Of a stretch of DNA of 64,000 bases, positions 23,841 through 34,136 are shown piece by piece (within the stretch, counting starts at the first letter, position 1; every line of letters starts with the position of its first letter). The translations under genes and the position numbers were made by a program. Source of the stretch: Planctomycetota bacterium (GTDB taxonomy: Bacteria > Planctomycetota > UBA11346); assembly GCA_038213805.1 (NCBI GenBank), contig JBBQSO010000002.1, forward strand, positions 64,001 to 128,000. Direction: 5' to 3'. The notes under the pieces are model-generated. The model searched no databases. It was not told where the DNA came from and saw only the letters and a list, made by a program, of their open reading frames with translations.

Positions 23841-24365
23841 TCACCAACGCGCCGGCCAGCGCGTCGGCCGCACCAGATTGAGATAGACCAGCCCCACCAG
23901 CACGATCAGCAGCGCCCCGAGCGCGGCCGGCACGGCGACGAAGTCCCAGTGCGCGGCGGCGGTGACGGCGATGACCGGGTTCGAGCCGGCGGGCGGGTGG
24001 ACGATGCGCAGCGCCATCATCGCCATGATCGCGGCGCCGGTGGCCAGGGCCACGCTCCACCACGTTGGGCCGAAGAGTTGCACCGCAGCGACGCCGATAG
24101 CGGCCGCGACCACGTGACCGCCGATGACCGCGCGCGGTTGCGAGAAAGGCACATCCGGAAAGCCGAAGACCAGCACGCAACTGGCGCCGAGCGAACCGAG
24201 GATGCAGGGCAGGCCGGTACCGGCCGCCAGACCAGCGACCACAGCGAGAGCGAGCGCGCCGCCGAGGCCGGCGAGCAGGATCTGACGCGCTGGAAGGGCC
24301 GCAGGGCCCGCTGCTCCCGCGCCGCGCCATTTAGCCAGGTAGGAGCCGAGACGGGAATCTGCCAT
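23841..24365 (-). CDS. HPP family membrane protein
   Basis: SLGASCVLVFG, FSQPRAVIGGH, VHPPAGSNP; start moved to ATG 24365. Confidence 0.92.
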   Translation of the reverse strand: MADSRLGSYLAKWRGAGAAGPAALPARQILLAGLGGALALAVVAGLAAGTGLPCILGSLGASCVLVFGFPDVPFSQPRAVIGGHVVAAAIGVAAVQLFGPTWWSVALATGAAIMAMMALRIVHPPAGSNPVIAVTAAAHWDFVAVPAALGALLIVLVGLVYLNLVRPTRWPARW

Positions 24366-24474
24366 GGCGACCTCGCAGGAGCCGGGGATGGGAAGGAGGA
24401 ATGCGACTGCGTCCGGCAACGACGCCGCGCCACGCCACCAGCGCGGTGGCGTGACGTGGTGACGTGCCCAGCGT

Positions 24475-25023
24475 TCAGGCCTGGCGCGCCGCCAGGGCCG
24501 GCGCCGCCGGGAAGTCGATGGGGGTCTGGGCGAGATTGTTGACCGAATTGGTCAACACGTTCAGGGCGACGTTCAGCACCACTTCGACGATCGCGCCATC
24601 GTCCAGGCCGGCACTGCGCGCCGCGGCGACTTCGGCATCGCTCACGTGGCCGCGCTGGGCGTTGATCGCTCTGGCCAGGGTCACCGCCGCTGCGGCGTAG
24701 ACATCGCTGGCGGTACCCAGGCGGGCGCGCTGGATCTCGTCCGGGGCCAGACCGGCGCCCTTGCCGAGCAGGGTGTGCGCCGCCAGGCAGTAGTCGCAGC
24801 GGTTGTCCTGGGCGACGACCAGGGCGATGCGCTCGCGCACCGCCGCCGGCAGCGCACCCTTGCCGAGCGCGGCGTTCAGGCCGAGGTAGCCCTCGAGGGC
24901 TGCGGGGCTGTTGCCCACGACCTGCATGAGGTTGGGGACCATGCCGAGGGCGCCCTTCACGGCCGCGTAGAGCGGCGTGACGGCGGGGTTGGTGGTGGTG
25001 GTGGGGATGGTGGTCAGGCGCAT
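24475..25023 (-). CDS. Carboxymuconolactone decarboxylase/AhpD-like protein
   Basis: LGMVPNL, RERIALVVAQDNRCDYCLAAH, TPIDFP; AGGAGG RBS. Confidence 0.92.
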   Translation of the reverse strand: MRLTTIPTTTTNPAVTPLYAAVKGALGMVPNLMQVVGNSPAALEGYLGLNAALGKGALPAAVRERIALVVAQDNRCDYCLAAHTLLGKGAGLAPDEIQRARLGTASDVYAAAAVTLARAINAQRGHVSDAEVAAARSAGLDDGAIVEVVLNVALNVLTNSVNNLAQTPIDFPAAPALAARQA

Positions 25024-25061
25024 GGGGTCCTCCTGGGACGCGTGGTTATGCTTATCCCATG

Positions 25062-25076
25062 GCGCACCGCGTGCCG
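25062..25076 (-). promoter_or_regulatory. Candidate sigma-54 promoter for the CMD-HPP operon
   Basis: Minus strand CGGCACGCGGTGCGC = GG-N10-GC; good -24, degenerate -12; adjacent to a sigma-54 activator gene. Confidence 0.45.
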
Positions 25077-25145
25077 AATCAGATAAAATCCCATATGTTC
25101 AGTTACTTCAATACATTACATAAACAGTCGCAGGCATGCGCGGTA

Positions 25146-25191
25146 TACGATATATCGTAATTTGCATTTCTTCGTAGATACTCCTACGATA
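25146..25191. promoter_or_regulatory. Candidate enhancer sites for the adjacent activator
   Basis: Perfect palindrome TACGATATATCGTA (25146-25159) and TCGTAG-N6-CTACGA (25172-25189) in an AT-rich patch. Confidence 0.55.
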
Positions 25192-25195
25192 TCTC

Positions 25196-26800
<1,605 letters not shown>

Positions 26801-26807
26801 ACCGGGA

Positions 26808-27176
26808 TCAGGGCCTGCGGGCCTTGGGTTTTAAGATGTCCTTCGACTTGCCCTTCTCCTTGCCTTTCTCCTTGCCACTGGCCTTCGGCTTGTCCCTGCC
26901 TGCACCCTTCTTCTTCTCAACCGTGGCGCTGCCGGGCACCCCGCTAACGCCGACCATCGCGCCGAAGATCAGCAGCGACGGACCGGCGATCATCAGGGTC
27001 AGCGCGAGCAGACGCCAGAACACCACTGCCGCGCGCTGCGTCGGCGAGATGGTCAGCACCAGCGCGGTGACCGCACCGTGCAGACGCGCTTCTAGCTGAC
27101 GGTTGAGGTCGATGCCGAAGACCAGGGCGAAGGCACCGCCGGCGACCAGCAGCAGGACCAGCAGGGCGCGCACCAT
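26808..27176 (-). CDS. Hypothetical membrane protein with Lys-rich tail
   Basis: Hydrophobic segments; follows methyltransferase on the same strand. Confidence 0.55.
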   Translation of the reverse strand: MVRALLVLLLVAGGAFALVFGIDLNRQLEARLHGAVTALVLTISPTQRAAVVFWRLLALTLMIAGPSLLIFGAMVGVSGVPGSATVEKKKGAGRDKPKASGKEKGKEKGKSKDILKPKARRP

Positions 27177-27192
27177 CTGCGGGGCCAGGGCC

Positions 27193-28131
27193 TCAAACGG
27201 TGGCGAGGCGCTGGGCGGTCAGCACGAGGAACACCGGGAACTCCTTGGCGGCGCGGTCCTCGGCACCGAAGCGCGGGCCCTTGGTGCCGCGGCGGTGGCT
27301 GCATAGCTCTTCGCAGGCGATGACCCCGAGCCCGGCCTGGCCGCAGGCATTGAGGTAGGCCTGCAGCGGGCGGTGGAAGCTGGTCGTGCGACTGGCGTCC
27401 TGGGGCTTCCCGGGATGGGTGCGGATGGGCAGCGCCGTCGGTGACAGGTAGCCGTCGAGGCGGCGGTACTGGATGCCGTTGGCCTCGTCGAAGCCCCACG
27501 AGGTGCGGCGCGGGATGCGGAACGCGGGATGGGTCATGACCATGACCGCGCGTCCGCCCGGCTTGAGCAGCGCCGCGACGCCGCCCAGCACCGGCTGGAT
27601 GGGATCGAGGTCCTGCAGCGCCATGACCAGCGCGGCATGATCAAAGCGCGGGCCCTTGACGGTCGCGGCGAGATCGCGCGCGTCGCCCAGCAGGTAGGTC
27701 TCCTGCGCCTGGGCGCGACTGGTCGCGGCCGCGACCAGCGTCGGACTGGCGTCTACGCCGACGGTCAGGACGCCGCGCCCGGCGAGCACGCGCCCGAGCA
27801 CGCCCTGGCCGCTGCACACATCGAGCACGCGCTGCCCCGGTGTGGCGGCGAGCTGGCGCAGCACCGCGGGCAGGATCAGCTCGGTGTAGAAGTCGTCGCC
27901 ACCGGCGCCAAGCAGCTGGTCGTACCAGCCGGCCTGAGCCTCCCAGGCGGTCTCGGCGGCGGGCGGGGTCGGGGCGCGGGCGGGTGCCTGCGGGATCTGG
28001 TCGCGGCGCGCATCGCGGCCGCGGTCATCTGCGCGCGCGGGCCGGGCGTCGGCGGGCCCCGTCGCGCCGGCCGCATCGCGCCGCCGTGGCCGGGGGGCAT
28101 AGTCGCGCTTGGGGAAACGATCGCCGGTCAT
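27193..28131 (-). CDS. Class I SAM-dependent methyltransferase
   Basis: RVLDVCSGQG, GVDAS, LLKPGGR; start moved to ATG 28131. Confidence 0.88.
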   Translation of the reverse strand: MTGDRFPKRDYAPRPRRRDAAGATGPADARPARADDRGRDARRDQIPQAPARAPTPPAAETAWEAQAGWYDQLLGAGGDDFYTELILPAVLRQLAATPGQRVLDVCSGQGVLGRVLAGRGVLTVGVDASPTLVAAATSRAQAQETYLLGDARDLAATVKGPRFDHAALVMALQDLDPIQPVLGGVAALLKPGGRAVMVMTHPAFRIPRRTSWGFDEANGIQYRRLDGYLSPTALPIRTHPGKPQDASRTTSFHRPLQAYLNACGQAGLGVIACEELCSHRRGTKGPRFGAEDRAAKEFPVFLVLTAQRLATV

Positions 28132-28220
28132 GCCTGCAGCATGCCCCCCGCCAGGGCTCGCACAATCGCCCGGCACGGCACCGGACGCAGCCGCACCCGC
28201 CGTGCGCTGTGCGCTGTGCG

Positions 28221-29711
28221 TCAGGAAATGCGCTCCGCCCGCGACGACTGCAGCAACGCGTCCGCCGCGTGCGCCTGCAGCCACGCGCGCCGCAGCAGCA
28301 GCGCGCCCCCGGCGATCAACGCACCCATGATCGCGGCTTCACGCAGCCCCAGCGGCACCTGCGGGTAGTAGGCGGTCTCGTCCAGGCCGGCGACGGAGAA
28401 GGTGTAGTTGTCCTGGAAGCGGTAGGCGCCGGGCGCCGCGTACCAGGCGGCGGTGGTCACCTGGCCCGGATAGAGCGGATCTTCCGGATCATTCTGAAGC
28501 GGCCGGCAGAAGTCCTTGGTGGTGATCAGGCAGAGCAGGCCGCTGACGACCACCGCGAGCGTCGCGTAGGTCAGCCCACGCTGCGGCCAGCGGCGCGCGA
28601 TCGTCACCGCCAGCGGCGGCAGGCCGACACCGGCGAGCATGATGAAGGCGACATGGTAGCGCAGCGGCGACCACCAGGTGCACTTGAATGCCAGCCACAG
28701 GCACTCCTGCGCGGCCAGGGCCGCAAGCACCGCCAGGGCGACGCGCCGCCACGCGCAGGTCGGGGTGCGGCCGCAGGCGACCAGGGCGGCGATGGCGCAG
28801 GGCAGCCACGGCACGCCCAGCACGACGATCGCGAGACCGCGCAGATTGTGCGGCAGCGAGGCGAGGGTCAGGGCGTTGCAGCCGTCGTCGTAATAGGTGT
28901 AGCCGGAGACCAGCGGGCCGCCGAAGCGGTGCCAATTCATCGCCAGAACCCCCGCCATGGGCAGCGCGGCCGCGCCAAGCAGCAATCCGGCCGCGCGCCA
29001 GCCGGCGCGGCTCCCGCGCCACAGCACCCAGGCCGCGCCGGCGCTCAACACACCCATCCCCGGGGCATTCGCGTTGTGGCACATCGCTGCCATGCCGAAG
29101 GCGAACCCCGCCAACAAGGCCAGACGCAGCGGCGTGCGCCCGTCGGCCAGGGCCAGTGCAACCGCCCACAGGCCGAGCAGCGCGAGCAGGCCCACCACCG
29201 GCTCGACGTAGAACAGGCGGCTATAATAGAGGCCCGAGCCGCTGAGCACGAGCACTAGGCCGCCCCACGTCCCGGCGCTGCGCGGCAGGCGCAGCGCACG
29301 GGCGATGCCGGCCAGCGCCACCGCCGCGCCCGCGGTCGCCAGGGGCGACATCAGCGCCATCAGCCAGCGATGGTGAAAGGCGCCGCCGCTCAGCCATTCC
29401 AGACCGGCTCCGAGCAGCACGAAAGGACCACTGAGGATGGGCAGGCCGATCGAAAAGCGGCTGTAGACCTCGCCGCGCGGGCCGAGGTGCTCCAGGCGCA
29501 TGTCCCAGCGCCCGTCCAGCCACAGCGACTCCGCGTCCTGCGCGTACTCGTAGAGATCGTAGACGCCGAATGGGCCGACGAACCACGCCAGCAGCACCAG
29601 CAGCGTGCCGGCGAAAAGCAGCACGTCGCTGCGCCACGGCGCTGGCGCCCCCGGCAGCGCCAAGACCACGGGCCCAGGCGCCAGGGACGCGGAAGGTGGC
29701 CCGGCGCTCAT
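28221..29711 (-). CDS. Polytopic membrane protein, probable GT-C fold glycosyltransferase
   Basis: Many TM segments, acidic loop after TM1 (YDLYEY), YSRLFYVEP, NWHRFGGPLVSGY; ATGA overlap with the GT2 stop. Confidence 0.6.
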   Translation of the reverse strand: MSAGPPSASLAPGPVVLALPGAPAPWRSDVLLFAGTLLVLLAWFVGPFGVYDLYEYAQDAESLWLDGRWDMRLEHLGPRGEVYSRFSIGLPILSGPFVLLGAGLEWLSGGAFHHRWLMALMSPLATAGAAVALAGIARALRLPRSAGTWGGLVLVLSGSGLYYSRLFYVEPVVGLLALLGLWAVALALADGRTPLRLALLAGFAFGMAAMCHNANAPGMGVLSAGAAWVLWRGSRAGWRAAGLLLGAAALPMAGVLAMNWHRFGGPLVSGYTYYDDGCNALTLASLPHNLRGLAIVVLGVPWLPCAIAALVACGRTPTCAWRRVALAVLAALAAQECLWLAFKCTWWSPLRYHVAFIMLAGVGLPPLAVTIARRWPQRGLTYATLAVVVSGLLCLITTKDFCRPLQNDPEDPLYPGQVTTAAWYAAPGAYRFQDNYTFSVAGLDETAYYPQVPLGLREAAIMGALIAGGALLLRRAWLQAHAADALLQSSRAERIS

Positions 29712-31150
29712 CGCATCGCCAACCGGCGCGCCGCGAACCACGCCATGCGCAGCAGGATCAGGCCGTGGCGCCAGCGCTGGATGTTGGTCTCGCCATAGAC
29801 CCGCGCGTGGTAGCGCACCGGCACGTCGACCATGCGCAGGTTGAGCTTGGCGGCGCCCAGGATCAGGTCGAAGTCGCCGAAGGGGTCGAAGTCGCCGAAG
29901 AAGGCGCGGCCGGCCTCCAGGCGCAGGTAGTCGGCGCGCGCCAGGGCCTTGGTGCCGCACAGCGTGTCGCCCAGGCGCTGGCCAAGGATCATCGACAGCA
30001 CCGCCGCGAAGAACTTGTTGCCGAGCAAGTTGAAGAAGCGCATCGCGCTGGGCGCGAGCGGGTAGACCAGGCGCACGCCGTTGACGTACTCGCCGCGGCC
30101 GGAGCGCAGCGCCTCGTGGAAGGAGGCAAGGTCCTCGGGCGCCACCGCCATGTCGGCGTCGAGGATCATCAGCAGGTCGCCGGTCGCGGCGGCGAAGCCG
30201 CAACGCACCGCGTCGGCCTTGCCGCGGCCGCTATGGCGCAGCAGCTTCATGCTGCGCTCCGGGTGCTCGGCGATGCAGCGCGCGATCTCCTCGGCGGTGC
30301 CGTCGCTGCTGCCGCCCTCGACGAAGATCAGTTCGGTGCCGGCGCCCATCTCGGGCACGCGCGCGACGATGTCGCGGATGGTGCCGGCCTCATTGCGCGC
30401 CGGCACGATGACGCTGACGCGCTGCGGCGGACGCGGCGTGGCCTGCGGGCGGGCGACGAAGACCTGGGCGATGCCCAGGCCGCGCAGCGGCCACCAGCGG
30501 CCAAGCACGCGGTTGACCAGCGGGGCGAGCAGCGGGATGCCCAGCGGCAGCGGCATTTCGCGCCAGTCGCGCACCACCTCGAAGCCCGACAGGTAGAGCA
30601 GGTTGCGGACATCGCCCGCGGACAGCCAGTTCTGCGCCAGCATCGGCCGCGCCAGGCCGAGGCGGCGCGCGCAGGCCAGCGGCACCTGCCACAGGCGGTT
30701 GAAGCAGGTGATGATCAGGCGCGTGCCGGGATGGCAGTGCGGCTGCAGCCGGCGCAGCACGGTCTCGACGTTCCACAGGTCATCGACCAGGTCGGAAAGC
30801 ACGATGTAGTCGAAGGTGCCGGTCAGCGGCGGATCGTGGGCATCTGCCTGGATGAATTCGAGCTGCGGGTGACGGATACGAGCCTGATCGAGGGCCACCG
30901 CGCTCACATCCAGGCCGACGCCGCGCCGCGGCTTGAGCGCGGCCAGCAGGTCGCCGGTGCCGCAGCCGACCTCCAGCACGGCCATGTCCGGCGGCACCAG
31001 GAACCCATGCAAGGCCTGGAGCTGCCGGTGATAATAACCGCCGAGCGTCCACCGCGGCTTGGCCGCGACGTGGTCCCAATGTTGGACCCGCGTCCGCCGA
31101 TGGTCGGCGCGCAGGCGCTGCGTACCGGTTTCCGTGTCGGACAGCAGCAT
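29708..31150 (-). CDS. Bifunctional SAM methyltransferase / GT2 glycosyltransferase
   Basis: VLEVGCGTGD; VSVIVPARNEAG, FVEGGSSDGT, ILDAD, DTLCGTK, DPFGDFDL; start ATG 31150. Confidence 0.9.
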   Translation of the reverse strand: MLLSDTETGTQRLRADHRRTRVQHWDHVAAKPRWTLGGYYHRQLQALHGFLVPPDMAVLEVGCGTGDLLAALKPRRGVGLDVSAVALDQARIRHPQLEFIQADAHDPPLTGTFDYIVLSDLVDDLWNVETVLRRLQPHCHPGTRLIITCFNRLWQVPLACARRLGLARPMLAQNWLSAGDVRNLLYLSGFEVVRDWREMPLPLGIPLLAPLVNRVLGRWWPLRGLGIAQVFVARPQATPRPPQRVSVIVPARNEAGTIRDIVARVPEMGAGTELIFVEGGSSDGTAEEIARCIAEHPERSMKLLRHSGRGKADAVRCGFAAATGDLLMILDADMAVAPEDLASFHEALRSGRGEYVNGVRLVYPLAPSAMRFFNLLGNKFFAAVLSMILGQRLGDTLCGTKALARADYLRLEAGRAFFGDFDPFGDFDLILGAAKLNLRMVDVPVRYHARVYGETNIQRWRHGLILLRMAWFAARRLAMR

Positions 31151-31305
31151 CCCGTCAGCATACCCCGGCATCCGGCATCCCGCACGACCCGGGCGGGTCG
31201 GTAGTGGCACCTGGCGATCCTTGCGGATTGCGGAACTCCCCGTCTCAGGCCATGGATTGCAAGCCGCCACCCCCTTCCCACCATGACCAGCACTAGGCAG
31301 AGCCC

Positions 31306-32316
31306 ATGGACGGTCCCACATTCCTGCTCTTTTACGCCGCGATCGCCGCGGTCCTCCTTGGCCTGTGCCGCTGGCGCAACCGCGCCGCGCCGCCGCGCCT
31401 GACGCCGCTGCGCGAGTTGCCGGCCGACCCGGAACCCTACGAGGTGGCCTGGCTGCGCGGTGGCGGGGCAGAGATCGTGCGCCTGGCGGTTTTCGACCTG
31501 ATGCGCTGCAGCTACCTGGCGATCGAGAAGGCCGGCTCCGCGAGCGGCGGGACGCGCCGCATCGCGCGCATCGCCGAACCCTCGCCCGAGGCCGCGATCT
31601 CGCCCTTCGCGCGCATGACCTGGGCGGCCTGCGCCGTGCCCATGCCGGCCTGGAAGCTGCTGCAAGGCACTCTGCCCAAGCGCATCGATGAACGCTGCCG
31701 GGCTTTGCGCACGCGCTTCGAGGAGCAGGGCCTGGTGATCCGGCCGGCGCTGCGCTTCCAAGGCATTCTCATGACCCTTGCTGCCGTGGCGGCCCTGCTC
31801 GTCCTCGGCTTCTGGCGCATCGAGCGTTCGCTCGCTTCCGGGCACCACAACCTTGGCTTCCTGGCGGCGCTGATGGCGATCAGCATCGTGGTGGCGCTGC
31901 GGGCCACCCTGCCGCCCGCGCGGCTGACCAGCCATGGGCGCGCCTACCTGGCTGGACTGGTGGCGGGCAGGCCGGATGCGCGGACGGCGTCGCCCGCACG
32001 CGCGCCCGCAGCGGCCGCTACGCGCTCAGCGCATGCCGCGGACGCGGAGCCGCTCGCCGCCGGGATGCCGATGGCGCCCGCCCTGCTCGGCGTCGCGCTG
32101 CTCGGCTTCCCGGCACTGGCCGGAACAAATTACGCGGTGATGGGCGAGCTCTTCCCACGCGCCCAGGCGCCAGGCAACGGCTCGTCGTGCAGCAGCGGTT
32201 CGTCCTGTGGCAGCAGTTCCTCCTGCGGCAGCAGCAACTCTGGCGGGGATAGCGGCGGTGGCAGCGACGGCGGCAGCAGCGGCTGCGGCGGAGGCTGCGG
32301 TGGCGGTGGCGACTGA
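31306..32316 (+). CDS. TIGR04222-type membrane protein with Cys/Ser/Gly low-complexity tail
   Basis: MDGPTFLLFY, PYEVAWLRGG, LGFL, RLTSHGRAYL, VALLG; tail SSCSSGSSCGSSSSCG...GCGGGCGGGGD. Confidence 0.85.
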   Translation: MDGPTFLLFYAAIAAVLLGLCRWRNRAAPPRLTPLRELPADPEPYEVAWLRGGGAEIVRLAVFDLMRCSYLAIEKAGSASGGTRRIARIAEPSPEAAISPFARMTWAACAVPMPAWKLLQGTLPKRIDERCRALRTRFEEQGLVIRPALRFQGILMTLAAVAALLVLGFWRIERSLASGHHNLGFLAALMAISIVVALRATLPPARLTSHGRAYLAGLVAGRPDARTASPARAPAAAATRSAHAADAEPLAAGMPMAPALLGVALLGFPALAGTNYAVMGELFPRAQAPGNGSSCSSGSSCGSSSSCGSSNSGGDSGGGSDGGSSGCGGGCGGGGD

Positions 32317-33142
32317 GTCGACGGCGCTGCTCGGCGCCGGCCTCGGCTGGCGCACACCTCTCGCGTCCGGCATCCTGCAGCAGCGCGCGCGCATCGACGT
32401 CATCGAGATCGTCGCCGACCACTTCCTTGACGCCGCGGGCGAGACGCTGGCGGAGCTCGACCTGCTGCGCGCGCACTTCACCGTCATCCCGCATGCACTC
32501 GATCTGTCATTGGGCAGCGCCGACGGCGTCGACGGCGCGTATCTCGACAAACTCGCCGCGCTGATCGAGCGCCTGGATCCGCCGTGGTGGAGCGAGCACC
32601 TTGCCTTCACACGCGCCGGCGGAATGCGCATCGGCCATCTCATGCCCCTGCCGCGGACGCGCGCCGCGGTCGCGGTGGTGGGGCGCAACGTCGCGCAGGT
32701 GGCCCGTACCATCCGCACGCCGCTGCTGCTCGAGAACAGCGCCGCGCAGTTCACCCTGCCAGGTGGACTTGATGAGGCGGAGTTCCTTGGCGCGGTGGTC
32801 GACGCGACCGGCTGTGGCCTGCTGCTCGACCTCGCCAACCTGCACGCCGATGCGGTCAACCACGGCGGCGATGCGCGCACGCTGCTCGCGCGCCTGCCGC
32901 TGGAGCGCGTCGTGCAGCTCCACCTCGCCGGTGGCGACCTCGATCGCGGCATGCTGGTCGACAGCCACGCCAGCGCGGTCGCGCCCGCGGTCTGGGCGCT
33001 GGCCGCGGACGTGCTGGCGCACGCCCCGGTGCGCGCGGCGATCCTCGAACGCGATGCGCGCTTCGCCGGCATCGGCCCGCTGCTCGATGAGCTTGACCTG
33101 CTGCGCGCGCGCTGGCCGGCCCTGCAGGCCGCGCGCGCATGA
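32300..33142 (+). CDS. DUF692 multinuclear non-heme iron oxidative enzyme (MNIO; MbnB/TglH/ChrH family)
   Basis: GLGWR, EIVADHF, PHALDLSLGS, WSEHLAF, LLLEN, LLLDLANL, LHLAGG, VDSH, ILERD; GTG start 32300 or 32306 after GGAGG. Confidence 0.93.
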   Translation: MAVATESTALLGAGLGWRTPLASGILQQRARIDVIEIVADHFLDAAGETLAELDLLRAHFTVIPHALDLSLGSADGVDGAYLDKLAALIERLDPPWWSEHLAFTRAGGMRIGHLMPLPRTRAAVAVVGRNVAQVARTIRTPLLLENSAAQFTLPGGLDEAEFLGAVVDATGCGLLLDLANLHADAVNHGGDARTLLARLPLERVVQLHLAGGDLDRGMLVDSHASAVAPAVWALAADVLAHAPVRAAILERDARFAGIGPLLDELDLLRARWPALQAARA

Positions 33143-33738
33143 GCGCTGCCGAGCCCGACCTGGCCGCACTGCAGGCGCAGCTGGCGCGCGCGCTGGTCGA
33201 TCCGGCCGCGCTTGCCGCGCTCACCGCGCGCCCGCCGGCGTGGCTGGCCGGCGATCCCGCGCGAGTGCGTGGGATCGCATTCGCCGCGCGCTCGCTGGTC
33301 GCCAAACGCCGCGCCGAAGCGTTGCCGTTGCTCGGCGCGGTCGCTGCGGCGCTGGGGCCGCCGCTGCGCGCGCGCTTCGAGGCCTTCGCTGCGACCCATG
33401 CGCCCGCCGCCGGCCAGCCGCGCAGCGATGCCCTGCGCTTGCTCGCCACGCTCGTCACCGATCCGACCTTGCCCGCGTGGCTGCGCGCGCTGGCGCGCTG
33501 GCAGGCCGGTCTGGTGGCGGCCGCACGGCCCGGCCCGTTCCTGCGCCTGGAGCACTTCGCCTGGCGCGTCGACCGCCAGCGCGGCGCGGACCCGCCCGAC
33601 CCAGGCGTGTTGATCGCGGCGTGGTGGCGCTGGTCGCGGCGCGGCCGGCTCCATCATGTCCGCCTCATGCCCCCCCGCCGCCGCCTGCCGCCGTCCGATC
33701 TGGATCCCCTCAACCTGCCGCGCGGAACCCGCCCATGA
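33139..33738 (+). CDS. Putative MNIO partner protein
   Basis: ATGA overlap with DUF692 stop; LQAQLARALVD, SLVAKRRAEA, LRARFEAFA helical N-domain resembling DUF692-adjacent partners. Confidence 0.65.
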   Translation: MSAAEPDLAALQAQLARALVDPAALAALTARPPAWLAGDPARVRGIAFAARSLVAKRRAEALPLLGAVAAALGPPLRARFEAFAATHAPAAGQPRSDALRLLATLVTDPTLPAWLRALARWQAGLVAAARPGPFLRLEHFAWRVDRQRGADPPDPGVLIAAWWRWSRRGRLHHVRLMPPRRRLPPSDLDPLNLPRGTRP

Positions 33739-34073
33739 GCTGGCCGCTGCTCATCATCATCGGCAGCCAGCTGCTGTTCACCCTCAGTGATCTCATTGCC
33801 CGCATCCACATGAAGTCAGGCGGCTTCACTGTCGCCAACTTCATGACGATGTGGTTCGCCGGATACATGCTGATCCGCCTGGTCGCCACCGTCGGCCAGC
33901 TCTACATCTTCGCGAGCATCGACCTTGGCAAGAGCATGGCGCTGTTCGGGGCCGCCTCGATCGTGCTCGCCAACCTGCTCGGCTTCCTGGTGCTCAAGGA
34001 GGTGCTGTCGCCGACCGTGTACGTGGCGGTCTCGATGGTGGTCGTCGCGTTCATGATCCTCGCCTGGCGCTAG
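33735..34073 (+). CDS. Small four-TM membrane protein (SMR/DMT-like)
   Basis: 112 aa, four hydrophobic helices, LLGFLVLKEVLS; ATGA overlap with the previous stop. Confidence 0.7.
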   Translation: MSWPLLIIIGSQLLFTLSDLIARIHMKSGGFTVANFMTMWFAGYMLIRLVATVGQLYIFASIDLGKSMALFGAASIVLANLLGFLVLKEVLSPTVYVAVSMVVVAFMILAWR

Positions 34074-34136
34074 TTCGCCGAAGCGTGGCCTCAGCAGCAT
34101 GCGGCCGTGTGCGCAGACGTTCCCCCGACTCGCGGC

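Noticed and set aside
31151..31305. Sigma-54 promoter for the MNIO cassette
   Set aside because: Candidate GG...TTGC sites have 8- or 9-nt spacing, not the required 10
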